From positions 17,313 to 81,312 of the forward strand of contig JBNKSV010000004.1 of assembly GCA_050297535.1 (NCBI GenBank): 64,000 nucleotides of DNA, given 5' to 3'. Made by a program: the position numbers and the translations under genes. The notes below the pieces were generated by a model. The model saw only the letters and a list, made by a program, of their open reading frames with translations. It was not told the DNA's origin and did no database searches. Source of the stretch: Sedimenticolaceae bacterium (GTDB taxonomy: Bacteria > Pseudomonadota > Gammaproteobacteria > Chromatiales > Chromatiaceae). Below are positions 38,442 through 49,889 of the stretch, piece by piece. The number at the start of each line of letters is the position of its first letter. Positions within the stretch are counted from its first letter, which is position 1.

Positions 38442-38948
38442 ATGAGCCAGCCATTTGTAGCCGTTCTGATGGGTTCAGATTCGGATCTTCCGGTACTGCG
38501 GTCGACTATCGACGTACTCAAATCACTACAGATACCGTTCGAGGCCAAGATCACCTCGGCCCACCGCACCCCAAAGGTAACCCACGACTATGTGACTGAC
38601 GCCGACGCCCGCGGCTGTGCGGTTTTCATCTGCGCCGCCGGTCTGGCCGCCCATCTGGCGGGCGCCGTCTCCGCCGCCACCCTGAAACCGGTCATAGGTA
38701 TACCCCTGGATACAGGATCACTTCAAGGTATGGACGCCCTGCTCTCCACCGTGCAGATGCCGGGCGGAATTCCGGTCGCAACCGTGGCCGTGGGCAAGGC
38801 AGGCGCCAAGAATGCCGCCTATCTGGCAGCGCAGATCCTGGCCCTGTCTGATCCTGGGCTAGCCCAACGCATTAAGACAGAGCGCGAGGGCAACGCGCAA
38901 GATGTGATGGCAAAGGACGCAAAACTCCAGGCCGATCTAGCCAACTAG
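38442..38948 (+). CDS. purE: N5-carboxyaminoimidazole ribonucleotide mutase
   Basis: VAVLMGSDSDLPV, ITSAHRTP, and GVPVATVAVG-type motifs; 168 aa. Confidence 0.9.
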   Translation: MSQPFVAVLMGSDSDLPVLRSTIDVLKSLQIPFEAKITSAHRTPKVTHDYVTDADARGCAVFICAAGLAAHLAGAVSAATLKPVIGIPLDTGSLQGMDALLSTVQMPGGIPVATVAVGKAGAKNAAYLAAQILALSDPGLAQRIKTEREGNAQDVMAKDAKLQADLAN

Positions 38949-38963
38949 GGACCACTGCTCCAC

Positions 38964-39527
38964 ATGGCAAGCATCCACCCCTGGAAACTGCGCGAGGCCG
39001 TCCGCTGTTTTCGTCGGGGTGGAATCCTGGCCTATCCGACCGAGGCCATCTACGGACTAGGCTGCGACCCGCTGAACTGGCGCGCCGTACAGAGACTATT
39101 ACTGCTGAAACAGCGTCCGCTCGACAAGGGCCTGATCCTGCTCGCCGCCTCTTACCAACAACTGCTCCCGTTTATAAAACCCCTACCAGATAGCCAGATG
39201 GAACAGGTCTTTGCCAGCTGGCCAGGGCCTACCACCTGGCTGCTCCCTGCGGCGGACGATCTTCCATACTGGCTGTGCGGACGACACCAGACCCTCGCGG
39301 TCCGGGTGACAGATCACCAGATAGCAGCCACCCTAAGCCTGTCCTGCCGATCACCCCTGGTATCCACCAGCGCAAACATAGCCAACCACAACCCCGCAAA
39401 CAGCCCCACGCAGGTCAGGGCCAGACTGGACGGGACAGCCGACTGCATCGTTCATGGGGAAACTGGCGGCAGAAAGTCACCATCCATTATCAAGGATGCC
39501 ATGACCGGGAAGATCATTCGCGGCTAA
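38964..39527 (+). CDS. tsaC: L-threonylcarbamoyladenylate synthase (YrdC/TsaC type)
   Basis: ILAYPTEAIYGLGCDP and LVSTSAN; 187 aa. Confidence 0.85.
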   Translation: MASIHPWKLREAVRCFRRGGILAYPTEAIYGLGCDPLNWRAVQRLLLLKQRPLDKGLILLAASYQQLLPFIKPLPDSQMEQVFASWPGPTTWLLPAADDLPYWLCGRHQTLAVRVTDHQIAATLSLSCRSPLVSTSANIANHNPANSPTQVRARLDGTADCIVHGETGGRKSPSIIKDAMTGKIIRG

Positions 39528-39532
39528 AGAAA

Positions 39533-39579
39533 AAGCCCACCAGGGGAGGAGTGGGCTTAGGGCGCCACTAAGGTGGCGC
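39533..39579. terminator. Two tandem GC-rich hairpins after tsaC (possible terminator, atypical)
   Basis: AAGCCCAC/GTGGGCTT (39533-39540/39551-39558) and GCGCCAC/GTGGCGC (39562-39568/39573-39579). No T-run follows on the plus strand. The A-run upstream would give a U-tract only on the minus strand. Confidence 0.4.
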
Positions 39580-39790
39580 AAACGGAGGATCAACTGAAAC
39601 AACGAAAAAACAGCTTACTTAGCACATCGGTATCACAATATTCAGCGACACCTTCAATAGAAACTTTAGTCATAGATTTGGCATTATTCAATATCTTGAC
39701 GCCTTAAAGGTGATTTTTTTATGTCATGAACCTCTTTGGTGATAGATTTGTCAACTACCAACAAAGAACCACATCCATGGAAATCAATGC

Positions 39791-39991
39791 ATGCACAACC
39801 AGATAATCGAACTAGAGACCAAAATCGCCTTCCAGGAGGACATGATCCAGGCCCTGAACCAGACCGTCGCCACCCAACAGCGGGAATTGTCTGAATTGAA
39901 AAGAGACCTCAGAGAATTGGAGACACAGTTGCGGGCCATTGCTTCCGGCCTTACTACAGAGTTCTCAGACGAACCCCCGCCACACTACTAA
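39791..39991 (+). CDS. slyX: SlyX family protein
   Basis: 66-aa coiled-coil protein: IELETKIAFQEDMIQALNQTVATQQRELSELKRDL. Confidence 0.8.
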   Translation: MHNQIIELETKIAFQEDMIQALNQTVATQQRELSELKRDLRELETQLRAIASGLTTEFSDEPPPHY

Positions 39992-39996
39992 AACTA

Positions 39997-40016
39997 AGGC
40001 GGCTGTTAAGCCGCCT
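39997..40016. terminator. Hairpin between convergent slyX and the mlaC-like gene
   Basis: AGGCGGCT / AGCCGCCT 8-bp stem with loop GTTA and short T-rich flanks on both strands. Confidence 0.5.
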
Positions 40017-40066
40017 CAGTTTGCAATCACGAAACTACAACCGCCAAAAAACGCCGTACGGCCAGA

Positions 40067-40684
40067 TTACCCCTTGCTATTCATGGCGCTCAGTTGCTTG
40101 ATTAACCCTTCCATGCCGCTGGACCTTACTATCCCCTGAAAACTGGCGCTGTGGCTCTTGGCCAGGCTTACCCCTGCAATATAGATGTCGTAGACCTTCC
40201 AGCTGCTACCCCCGCCATACATCAGATAGGTCACATTTACCGAACTTGCCCCCGCAGGCGACACCCTGGTACTCACCGCCGATGCCTTGCCGGAGCCCTT
40301 GACCCCCAAGTGTTGCATAGTCCAGGTATTGTAGCTGGCAAAGGCGCTACTATAGGTACGTACCAACATCTTCTTGAATTGGGCCACAAACCTGCTTCGC
40401 TGCCCGGCCGACGCCTTATTCCAATAGTCATTTCCCAGGGCCCGCTTTGCCACCATATTGAAATTTACATATGGCACGATAATCTGGTTGACCAAGCTGT
40501 AGGCGCGGCTTGGGCTGGGCTTACCCTTCAGCGCCTGCTGCATACGGTCTGAGATCTTCTGAACCAGCGCCTGTTGGGCCGTCAGCTGACCACTCCACCC
40601 CTCTTGCGGCAGGACCAAAACCAGAGATAAAAAGGCCAACATATATATCGGTAACCGCATCTTGTGAAACACTGAATACCTCAT
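40067..40684 (-). CDS. MlaC/Ttg2D-family periplasmic phospholipid-binding protein (orphan)
   Basis: Signal peptide plus MlaC-like core (VPYVNFNMVAKRALGNDYW...QRSRFVAQFKKMLVRTYS). The start may be ATG 40660. No other mla genes lie nearby. Confidence 0.65.
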   Translation of the reverse strand: MRYSVFHKMRLPIYMLAFLSLVLVLPQEGWSGQLTAQQALVQKISDRMQQALKGKPSPSRAYSLVNQIIVPYVNFNMVAKRALGNDYWNKASAGQRSRFVAQFKKMLVRTYSSAFASYNTWTMQHLGVKGSGKASAVSTRVSPAGASSVNVTYLMYGGGSSWKVYDIYIAGVSLAKSHSASFQGIVRSSGMEGLIKQLSAMNSKG

Positions 40685-40895
40685 AATTAATACTCCCTAT
40701 CATTCTTTGCATAATCGAAGGTGTTTATAGCGGCCAGCCGGATGCTATTCTTGCGCCATACAAGCATGGTCCTTGCTGCATCCCCGATACCGACGAGATT
40801 CAGATTTGAGCAGGTAATCGGTAAAAAATCCAGCGCCCGGAAATAAATTTTATCCTCTCCAATCCATTTAGATCTTATATCCAACCGCCGCCTAA

Positions 40896-41945
<1,050 letters not shown>

Positions 41946-41946
41946 G

Positions 41947-42762
41947 ATGACCGACAGATACGCCGTAATCGGCAACCCGATTGAGCACAGCAAATCCCCG
42001 CTGATTCACCGCGCCTTTGCGCAACAGACCGGAGAGGACCTGGAGTATGGACGCATCCTGGGCGAACCAGGACGTTTCGGTCAGGCCGTAGCCGATTTTT
42101 TCTCTGCCGACGGCAAGGGACTGAACATCACCGTCCCCTTCAAGGAGGACGCCTGGGGACTGGCCGACGAACGTAGCGCCCGCGCCGAGGACGCAGGTGC
42201 GGTCAACACCCTGATCCTGCTGCCAAACGGATGCCTGCGCGGTGACAACACCGACGGCGTCGGACTGGTGCGAGATCTGACGACAAACCACGGTTGCAAA
42301 CTGGCTGGCGCAGAGATCTTGCTGCTGGGTGCGGGCGGGGCATCCCGCGGCGTCATCCGGCCACTCCTGGAGGCCGGGCCGAAGCGCCTGGTCATCGCCA
42401 ACCGAACCGCCTCCAAGGCGAAAGCCCTGGCCATAGACAGCTCTGGCTTGGGTGAGGTCAGAGGCTGTGGCCTGGAACAACTGGAGGGAGACTCATTCGA
42501 CATCATCATCAACGCCACCGCGGCCGGCCTGACTGATCAAGTCCCGGCGCTACCGGATGGCATCCTGCGCCCCGGCGGCTGGACCTACGACATGATGTAC
42601 GGCGACAAAGCCACCGCATTCATGCGCTGGGGCCAAACACATGGAGCCAGCCACGCCTTGGGGGGGCTGGGGATGCTGGTGGAACAGGCGGCGGAGTCGT
42701 TCTTTCTATGGCGCGGGGTGCGGCCAGATACAGCGCCAGTCATCAAGATGCTAACGGCCTAG
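41947..42762 (+). CDS. aroE: Shikimate dehydrogenase
   Basis: YAVIGNPIEHSKSPLIH, NITVPFK, NTDGVG, and GAGGASRG. Confidence 0.9.
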   Translation: MTDRYAVIGNPIEHSKSPLIHRAFAQQTGEDLEYGRILGEPGRFGQAVADFFSADGKGLNITVPFKEDAWGLADERSARAEDAGAVNTLILLPNGCLRGDNTDGVGLVRDLTTNHGCKLAGAEILLLGAGGASRGVIRPLLEAGPKRLVIANRTASKAKALAIDSSGLGEVRGCGLEQLEGDSFDIIINATAAGLTDQVPALPDGILRPGGWTYDMMYGDKATAFMRWGQTHGASHALGGLGMLVEQAAESFFLWRGVRPDTAPVIKMLTA

Positions 42763-42772
42763 AGAAATAGTC

Positions 42773-43162
42773 ATGAGATATCTGCACACCATGTTGCGAG
42801 TACGTGATCTGGACAAAGCGGTAGAATTCTACACCAGGGTCCTAGGGTTCAAGGAGATGAGCAGGAACGATTACGTCGATGGCCGTTTCACCCTATCTTT
42901 TCTGCGTGCCAGCGGTGATCCTGACAACGGACCCATGCTGGAACTGACCCACAACTGGGATACAGACGACTATGAAAACGGCAACGCCTATGGTCATGTT
43001 GCCTACCATGTGGACTCCATTGAAGAGATCGGACAAAGACTGTCCGAGTTCGGCATGGAATTCTCCTGGGGACCGGGAGAGACCCCTAGCGGCGACCGCA
43101 TGATGGCCTTCCTTACCGATCCGGATGGTTATGCAGTGGAGCTAATACAGGATCTAACCTAA
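42773..43162 (+). CDS. gloA: Lactoylglutathione lyase (glyoxalase I)
   Basis: LHTMLRVRDLDKAVEFYTRVLGF ... AYGHVAY ... DPDGYAVELI; 129 aa. Confidence 0.85.
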   Translation: MRYLHTMLRVRDLDKAVEFYTRVLGFKEMSRNDYVDGRFTLSFLRASGDPDNGPMLELTHNWDTDDYENGNAYGHVAYHVDSIEEIGQRLSEFGMEFSWGPGETPSGDRMMAFLTDPDGYAVELIQDLT

Positions 43163-43692
43163 CCCTCCTCCAAGTACTTCTTCGCCAAGCGTGCATAATT
43201 CTGCGCCGAGTAATCCAGGAACTCCTGCTCCTTCTCATTCAGCTCCCGCACCCGGCGCACCGGTGAACCCACCCAAAGGTAACCGCCCTCCAGCACCTTG
43301 CCCCCAGGCACCAGGCTACCTGCTCCCAATACCACGCGCGGTTCGATCACCGCCCCATCCATTACGGTGGAACTCATGCCGATCAGACAGTTGTCCCCGA
43401 TGGTGCAGCCATGCAGCATCACCTTGTGTCCTATCGTGATATTGCTGCCGATGATGGTGGGGTAGCCGCCGGGATTGAAACGGCTGTCGTGGGTAACATG
43501 CACCACACTGCCGTCCTGGATATTGGTGTTTTCGCCGATGCGGATGTGGTGAATGTCCCCCCGCACCACCACCAGCGGCCAGATGGAGGAACCGGCCCCG
43601 ATCTCCACGTCACCGATCACCACCGCAGTTGGGTCCACCCATACATCTCCGGCAATTCTTGGGGTCATACCTTGAAAGGATCTTATAGCCAC
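43159..43692 (-). CDS. Gamma-carbonic-anhydrase-like hexapeptide-repeat protein (YrdA/PaaY family)
   Basis: Left-handed beta-helix repeats (VIGDVEIGAGSSIWPLVVVRGD...IGENTNIQDGSVVH) with a helical C-terminus. Confidence 0.85.
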   Translation of the reverse strand: MAIRSFQGMTPRIAGDVWVDPTAVVIGDVEIGAGSSIWPLVVVRGDIHHIRIGENTNIQDGSVVHVTHDSRFNPGGYPTIIGSNITIGHKVMLHGCTIGDNCLIGMSSTVMDGAVIEPRVVLGAGSLVPGGKVLEGGYLWVGSPVRRVRELNEKEQEFLDYSAQNYARLAKKYLEEG

Positions 43693-43767
43693 CTCATGTC
43701 ACTCCTAGGGTATCGAATAATGGCTACAATGATACAATCAAGCCGATAACATAAAAAAGGAGTTGGC

Positions 43768-44340
43768 ATGGGAATTTCTACCTTCGTAATCCTTGGGGTC
43801 ATCGCAATCGCTGCCATCTATGCGATAACCATCTACAACGGCCTGGTCAATCTGAAGCACGGCGTATCCAAGGCCTGGTCCAATATTGACGTATTGCTGA
43901 AGCAGCGCCATGACGAGTTGCCCAAGCTGGTGGAGACCTGCAAACAATACATGCAGTATGAGCAAGAGACCCTGGAGAAGGTGATGCAGGCCAGGAGCGC
44001 GGTCTCTGCCGCCCGCCAGAAGGGTGACGTCGGGGCCCTGGGCGCAGCGGAGGGCCAGCTGAGATTGGGGCTTGGCAACCTGTTCGCCGTAGCCGAGGCC
44101 TATCCGGACCTGAAGGCGAATGAGACCTTCCTGCACCTACAGAGCCGCATCACCGGGCTGGAGAACAGCATCGCCGACCGGCGTGAATTCTACAACGAGA
44201 GCGTAAACAACAATAACGTACGTATCGAACAGTTCCCGGACGTAATCGTTGCCCGCATGTTTAACTTCCAGGCGGCGGAGTTGCTGGAATTTTCGCAAGA
44301 GGAAAAACAGGACGTGAATATAAAATCTCTGTTTGATTGA
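43768..44340 (+). CDS. lemA: LemA family membrane protein
   Basis: N-terminal TM then IYNGLVNLKHGVSKAWSNIDVLLKQRHDELPKLV...YPDLKANETFLHLQ...RIEQFPD. Confidence 0.85.
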   Translation: MGISTFVILGVIAIAAIYAITIYNGLVNLKHGVSKAWSNIDVLLKQRHDELPKLVETCKQYMQYEQETLEKVMQARSAVSAARQKGDVGALGAAEGQLRLGLGNLFAVAEAYPDLKANETFLHLQSRITGLENSIADRREFYNESVNNNNVRIEQFPDVIVARMFNFQAAELLEFSQEEKQDVNIKSLFD

Positions 44341-45299
44341 TGGGTCTGTCCGAACAAGTCCTACATCTGCCCGACGATGAATTCTGGGCGATCGCCCTGT
44401 TTGCGCTGGCCGCCGCCATCGGCGGCTTCTACTTCGCGTTCCGCTTTCTGCGCCGCGCCCGCATTATCGAAGACACCCCGACGGCGATCATTCAATCTGC
44501 ACCCCAGGGCTATGTGGAACTCACCGGCATCGCGGTGGAGATGGAGGGGGAGCCCATACTCGCCCCCCTAACAAAGCAGCCCTGTTGTTGGTACAGCTAC
44601 AAGGTGGAACGCCGCGGAGACAAGGGCTGGATCACGGTTGACTCCGGCAGCAGCGAACACCTGTTCCTGCTGCGCGATAACACCGGCGACTGCATCATCG
44701 ACCCGGAGGGAGCGGATGTCACCTCAGACCAAAAAGAGGTTTGGTATGGTGACGGCCGCATAGCCACCACGCATGATGGCGCCAGGCTATCCCTGGACTG
44801 GAAGCTATTACAAAGGGCCGACGAGTTCCTCAACAAAGCCAACGCCATTGGCTCCAGACACCGCTATACCGAAACCCGTATCCATGCCGGGGAACAACTC
44901 TATGCCATCGGCCGATTCAAAACCCTGGATGAGATGGACCATATCCAGCAGCGTAGCGAGATCACCCGGGAACTGCTGCGGGAGTGGAAGAGGGACGAGG
45001 CATCCCTGCTGTTTGAGTTCGATCACAACCGCAATGGACAGATCGATTCCCAGGAGTGGGAACAGGCACGACACAAGGCCGAGGCCCAGGCCCGGACGGA
45101 ACAGGAAAGACTCATCGCAGGCAGCGTACTCAACACTCTAAGTGCCACTGGTTCCGGCAGCCACCCCTTTCTGCTCTCCACCTTGCCGCAGTTCAGTCTG
45201 GTGCGCCGTTACCGCCGCAACGCCTTCCTTGCCACCATCACATTCTTCGGTGGCGGGGCCCTGGCGGTCTGGATGCTCACCCTGAAACTTAGCCACTAA
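44340..45299 (+). CDS. GIDE-domain membrane protein with an embedded EF-hand loop
   Basis: TGATG overlap with the lemA stop. N- and C-terminal TM helices. GIDE-like core (GYVELTGIAV...PCCWYSYKVE...FLLRDNTGDCIIDPEGA). Canonical EF-hand loop DHNRNGQIDSQE at nt 45021-45056. Confidence 0.65.
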   Translation: MGLSEQVLHLPDDEFWAIALFALAAAIGGFYFAFRFLRRARIIEDTPTAIIQSAPQGYVELTGIAVEMEGEPILAPLTKQPCCWYSYKVERRGDKGWITVDSGSSEHLFLLRDNTGDCIIDPEGADVTSDQKEVWYGDGRIATTHDGARLSLDWKLLQRADEFLNKANAIGSRHRYTETRIHAGEQLYAIGRFKTLDEMDHIQQRSEITRELLREWKRDEASLLFEFDHNRNGQIDSQEWEQARHKAEAQARTEQERLIAGSVLNTLSATGSGSHPFLLSTLPQFSLVRRYRRNAFLATITFFGGGALAVWMLTLKLSH

Positions 45300-45365
45300 C
45301 CACTGTTTCATGTAACAATGCCCGACCACTTAGCATCAAATAGCATAACGAGGAACCACCACTAG

Positions 45366-47417
45366 ATGGACAACCCCTTGCTTGACCTTGAGGGCCTTCC
45401 CGCCTTCACCCAGATACTTCCCGAACATGTGGGGCCGGCCATCGACCAGTTGCTGGACGAGTGCCGCAGCCAGACGGAGCGGTTACTGGATGAGATCGAG
45501 ACGTTTACCTGGGACAACCTGATAGAACCACTCGAAATCCTGGACGACCGGCTGGATCGCGCCTGGTCGCCGGTGAGCCACATGAACTCCGTGCTCAACT
45601 CGGAGGAACTACGCAGCGCCTACAACGCCTGCCTACCCAAGCTCAGCGCCTACGCCACCGATATGGGGCAAAATGAACGGCTGTACCAGGCCTACAAACA
45701 GATCAGAGAAAACGCCACCGGCCTGGACCAGGCCCAGATCAAGAGCCTGGATAACGCCCTGCTCGACTTCCATCTCTCCGGCGTCGATCTACCGGAGAAG
45801 AAAAAGACTCGCTTCAAGGAAATCAGCCAGGAGCTATCCAGACTTGGCAGCAAGTTCAACGAAAACCTGCTGGACGCCACCAACGCCTGGAGCAAGCTGA
45901 TAACGGATGAGGCGGAACTGGCGGGGCTGCCGCAATCGGCCAAGGATCTGGCGCGCCAGACGGCGCAACAGCGCGGGGAGGAGGGCTGGATGCTTACCCT
46001 GGAATTCCCCTCCTATATGCCGGTCCTTACCTATTCTGAAGACCGCGCCCTGCGCCGCGAGATGTACGAGGCCTACTCCACCCGCGCCTCCGAGCGTGGC
46101 CCCCACGCTGGCAGATGGGACAACAGCGAGACCATGGAGCAACTCCTGGCCCTGAAGCATGAACAGGCGCAACTGCTCGGCTTTGATAACTATGCGCAGC
46201 GTTCCCTGGCCCGCAAGATGGCCCGCAGCGGCGCAGAGGTGATGGAGTTTCTCACAGACCTGGCCCGTCGCTCCCTGCCCCAGGCCAGGGCGGAGTTTGC
46301 CGAACTCCAGCAATATGCCAGAAACGAGTTCGGTGTAGACGGCCTGGAGTCCTGGGACATCGGCTTCTACTCCGAGAAACTGCGCCAACAACGCTACGCC
46401 ATAAGCCAGGAAGAGCTCAAACCCTATTTCCCGGATATCCAGGTCATTTCCGGCATGTTCGAGGTGGTGAAACGCCTGTTTGGAATAGAGATAACCCGGA
46501 TACCAGACGTAGATGTCTGGCACCCAGATGTGGGTTTCTATGAGATCAAAGACCGGCAGGGCGAACTGCGTGGGCAGTTCTATCTGGACCTGTATGCCCG
46601 CCCCAACAAGCGCGGTGGCGCCTGGATGGATGAGTGTATCGGCCGTTTCGTGACCAAAGACCGCACCCAAACCCCGGTGGCCTATCTAACCTGCAATTTC
46701 TCACCGCCCATAGGTGGCCAGCCCGCCCTGCTGACCCATGACGAGGTAATAACCCTGTTTCATGAGTTCGGCCACGGCCTGCACCATATGCTGACCCGAA
46801 TCGACTATCCCAGCGTATCCGGCATCAGCGGCGTGGCCTGGGATGCGGTGGAACTGCCATCCCAGTTTATGGAAAACTGGTGCTGGGAACGGGAGGCCCT
46901 GGACCTGATCTCAGGTCACCACGAGACCGGCGAACCGATACCGGAGGAGATGTACCGGCGCATGCGGGCCGCAAAGAATTTTCAGTCCGGCATGCAGATG
47001 GTGCGACAGCTGGAGTTCTCCATCTTCGATATGCGTATCCATCAGGAATACTCGCCCAAACAGGGCGGCAGGATCTATAAGATCCTCGAACAGGTCCGGA
47101 ATCAGGTGGCGGTAATCCGGCCTCCAGAGTTCAACCGCTTTGCCCACGGCTTCTCCCATATCTTCGGCGGCGGCTATGGAGCGGGCTACTACAGTTACAA
47201 ATGGGCCGAGGTACTTTCCGCCGATGCCTTCTCTTTATTTGAGAAGAATGGCATTTTCGACCAAAATACCGGTCTATCTTTCTTACATAACATCCTGGAA
47301 CGGGGCGGCGCACAGGACGCGATGGAACTATTCGTAGCCTTTCGGGGTCGGGAACCGGAGATCGGCGCCCTATTAAGCCACAGCGGAATTACCGCAAATG
47401 CAACACCTGAGGAATAA
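45366..47417 (+). CDS. prlC: Oligopeptidase A (M3 family)
   Basis: 683 aa, zinc motif HEFGHGLHHM, M3-like over its full length. Confidence 0.9.
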   Translation: MDNPLLDLEGLPAFTQILPEHVGPAIDQLLDECRSQTERLLDEIETFTWDNLIEPLEILDDRLDRAWSPVSHMNSVLNSEELRSAYNACLPKLSAYATDMGQNERLYQAYKQIRENATGLDQAQIKSLDNALLDFHLSGVDLPEKKKTRFKEISQELSRLGSKFNENLLDATNAWSKLITDEAELAGLPQSAKDLARQTAQQRGEEGWMLTLEFPSYMPVLTYSEDRALRREMYEAYSTRASERGPHAGRWDNSETMEQLLALKHEQAQLLGFDNYAQRSLARKMARSGAEVMEFLTDLARRSLPQARAEFAELQQYARNEFGVDGLESWDIGFYSEKLRQQRYAISQEELKPYFPDIQVISGMFEVVKRLFGIEITRIPDVDVWHPDVGFYEIKDRQGELRGQFYLDLYARPNKRGGAWMDECIGRFVTKDRTQTPVAYLTCNFSPPIGGQPALLTHDEVITLFHEFGHGLHHMLTRIDYPSVSGISGVAWDAVELPSQFMENWCWEREALDLISGHHETGEPIPEEMYRRMRAAKNFQSGMQMVRQLEFSIFDMRIHQEYSPKQGGRIYKILEQVRNQVAVIRPPEFNRFAHGFSHIFGGGYGAGYYSYKWAEVLSADAFSLFEKNGIFDQNTGLSFLHNILERGGAQDAMELFVAFRGREPEIGALLSHSGITANATPEE

Positions 47418-47422
47418 ATATA

Positions 47423-48355
47423 ATGTTGAGAATCCTATTTGTGCTCCTGTTGGCCATCAGCAGCACTGCTCAAGCAGAACACATCACTGACAAACTGCTG
47501 GTCGGGCTATATGCAGAGCCCAAGGCTGGACTCCAGCCCATAAAGGTCCTGCCCAGCGGCACCCCCCTGGAGGTCCTGGATAAAAAAGACTCCTTCTCCA
47601 AGGTTAGACTGGGAGACGGTAAAGAGGGCTGGGTAAAAACCGTTTACATAAGTAACGAAAAGCCGGCCCGGGCCATGTTGCTGGAGCTACAGGCCCAGAC
47701 CGGCACCCTCAAAAATAAGCTGCTGGAGACGGAAAAAGAACTAAAGGCGGCCAAGAGCGGCTCCGCATCCCCCTCCCAGTCTGATGAGACGGAGAAACTA
47801 CAGCAGGAGCTGGATCAGACCAAGGAGAAACTGGCGCTGACTGGAGACGCCCTCAGGAGCGAACAACAAGAGACCAAACGCCTGATGCAGCTGCTCAAAC
47901 AGTCCAACGCCAAGGATTCGGAAAACAGCGAAGCAGAGATCAAGGCCCTAAAGAAAAAGCTAGCCGCAAACGAAAAAGACTTGAAGGCGACCCAACATGA
48001 GTATCAGCTGCTGCAGGATCTGATGAAAAAGACTGATCAGACCGCAAGCAAGAGGATCTCGGAACTGGAGCAAGAGCTGATAACCTCCAATAAAAAGCTG
48101 GAGGATCTTAAGGCCTCTGGCGGCGCCAACCCGCAACTGATCAAGCAAAATCAGGTGTTACGCCAACGTTTCAATCAGGTGGCAAAGATTCTGAGCGCCC
48201 CCGTTCCCAAGGTGGATGCCAAGAATCTGGATACAGGATCCAGTTTTAGCCTATGGATACCTTCTATCATATTGTTGATGATCGCCGGCTTCATCGGCGG
48301 CGTGGTATTCAATAATCTCCGCACCCGCAAACGCCAAGGCGGCTACCGAGTTTAA
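47423..48355 (+). CDS. SH3 domain - coiled coil - C-terminal TM protein (YgiM/TIGR04211-like)
   Basis: Signal peptide, bacterial SH3 ([23 protein letters not shown]), a long Q/K/E-rich coiled coil, and a terminal TM. Confidence 0.7.
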   Translation: MLRILFVLLLAISSTAQAEHITDKLLVGLYAEPKAGLQPIKVLPSGTPLEVLDKKDSFSKVRLGDGKEGWVKTVYISNEKPARAMLLELQAQTGTLKNKLLETEKELKAAKSGSASPSQSDETEKLQQELDQTKEKLALTGDALRSEQQETKRLMQLLKQSNAKDSENSEAEIKALKKKLAANEKDLKATQHEYQLLQDLMKKTDQTASKRISELEQELITSNKKLEDLKASGGANPQLIKQNQVLRQRFNQVAKILSAPVPKVDAKNLDTGSSFSLWIPSIILLMIAGFIGGVVFNNLRTRKRQGGYRV

Positions 48356-48363
48356 TACGGTTC

Positions 48364-49836
48364 ATGGCTATGGAATACAAAGACCTGAGGGATTTCATCG
48401 CACAGTTGGAGGCTTTGGGGGAACTGAAACGTATCAATGTGGAGGTAGACCCATACCTAGAGATCACAGAGATCTGCGACCGCACCCTGCGCCAAGGCGG
48501 TCCGGCCCTGCTGTTCGAAAATGTAAAAGGCTCGAAGTTCCCCCTGTTGGCCAACCTGTTCGGCACCCCGCGTAGGGTCGCCCTGGGCATGGGAGAAGAG
48601 TCGGCGCAGGCGCTACGGGAGGTGGGAACCCTGCTAGCCATGCTGAAGGAACCGGACCCACCCAAGGGAATGCGCGACGCCTGGGAGAAACTGCCCATCT
48701 TCAAGAAGGTTCTGGATATGTCTCCCAAAGAGCGCAGTGGGGCGCCCTGTCAGGAGGTGGTAATCGAGGGCGACCAGGTAAACCTGGGCCAGATCCCGAT
48801 CCAGACCTGTTGGCCGGAGGATGCTGGCCCCCTAATCACATGGGGCCTGGTTGTCACCCGGGGACCGGACAAGCCCAGGCTCAATCTGGGTATCTACCGC
48901 ATGCAGGTAATCGGCAAAAACCGCGTCATCATGCGCTGGCTGTCCCACCGCGGTGGCGCCCTGGATTTCCGCGCCTGGCAGCAGCAACACCCCGGGGAAC
49001 CCTATCCGGTCGCGGTGGCCCTGGGGGCTGACCCGGCCACCACCCTGGCGGCGGTAACCCCGGTACCGGATAGCCTCTCCGAATACGCCTTTGCGGGGCT
49101 GCTACGGGGCAGCCGCACCGAGGTCAGCAAGTGTATCGGCTCGGATCTGCAGGTCCCGGCCTCTGCCGAATTCATTCTGGAGGGCCACATCCACCCGGAC
49201 GACATGGCCCCGGAGGGCCCCTTCGGGGACCACACCGGCTACTACAACGAGGTGGATCGTTTCCCGGTATTCACCATCGACCGCATCACCCACCGGCGTG
49301 ATCCTATCTATCACAGCACCTACACCGGGCGGCCACCGGATGAACCATCCATCCTGGGGGTATCCCTGAATGAGGTGTTTATCCCCATCCTGAAGAAGCA
49401 GTTCCCTGAGATCGTGGACTTCTATCTACCCCCGGAAGGTTGCTCCTACCGCATGGCGATAGTCAGCATCAAGAAAGAGTATCCCGGACACGCGGCCAGG
49501 GTGATGCTGGGGATATGGTCGTTCTTGCGGCAGTTCATGTATACAAAATTTGTCATCGTCACCGATGATGACGTAAACGTGAGGAAGTGGGAGGATGTGA
49601 TCTGGGCCATGACCACGCGCATGGACCCGGCGCGTGACACCACGATCATAGAAAACACCCCCATCGACTATCTGGACTTTGCCTCGCCGGTATCCGGCCT
49701 GGGCTCCAAGATAGGTTTTGACGCCACCAACAAGTGGCCGGGAGAGACCCAAAGGGAGTGGGGGAAGCCGATAACCATGGACGAAAAGATCATACAACGT
49801 ATCGACTCAATCTGGGATGATCTGAAAATAGGGTAA
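48364..49836 (+). CDS. ubiD: UbiD-family decarboxylase (4-hydroxy-3-polyprenylbenzoate decarboxylase)
   Basis: [22 protein letters not shown]..., 490 aa, UbiD-like throughout. Confidence 0.9.
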   Translation: MAMEYKDLRDFIAQLEALGELKRINVEVDPYLEITEICDRTLRQGGPALLFENVKGSKFPLLANLFGTPRRVALGMGEESAQALREVGTLLAMLKEPDPPKGMRDAWEKLPIFKKVLDMSPKERSGAPCQEVVIEGDQVNLGQIPIQTCWPEDAGPLITWGLVVTRGPDKPRLNLGIYRMQVIGKNRVIMRWLSHRGGALDFRAWQQQHPGEPYPVAVALGADPATTLAAVTPVPDSLSEYAFAGLLRGSRTEVSKCIGSDLQVPASAEFILEGHIHPDDMAPEGPFGDHTGYYNEVDRFPVFTIDRITHRRDPIYHSTYTGRPPDEPSILGVSLNEVFIPILKKQFPEIVDFYLPPEGCSYRMAIVSIKKEYPGHAARVMLGIWSFLRQFMYTKFVIVTDDDVNVRKWEDVIWAMTTRMDPARDTTIIENTPIDYLDFASPVSGLGSKIGFDATNKWPGETQREWGKPITMDEKIIQRIDSIWDDLKIG

Positions 49837-49889
49837 CAAAACTCTATCCAAACTCTATAATAATTTATAAACACTACGGAGGCCGATCT

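Noticed and set aside
45834-46670. 278-aa minus-strand ORF inside prlC
   Set aside because: It is antisense to an M3 peptidase gene with an intact HEFGH motif. The sequence is composition-driven (G/A/L/Q-rich).
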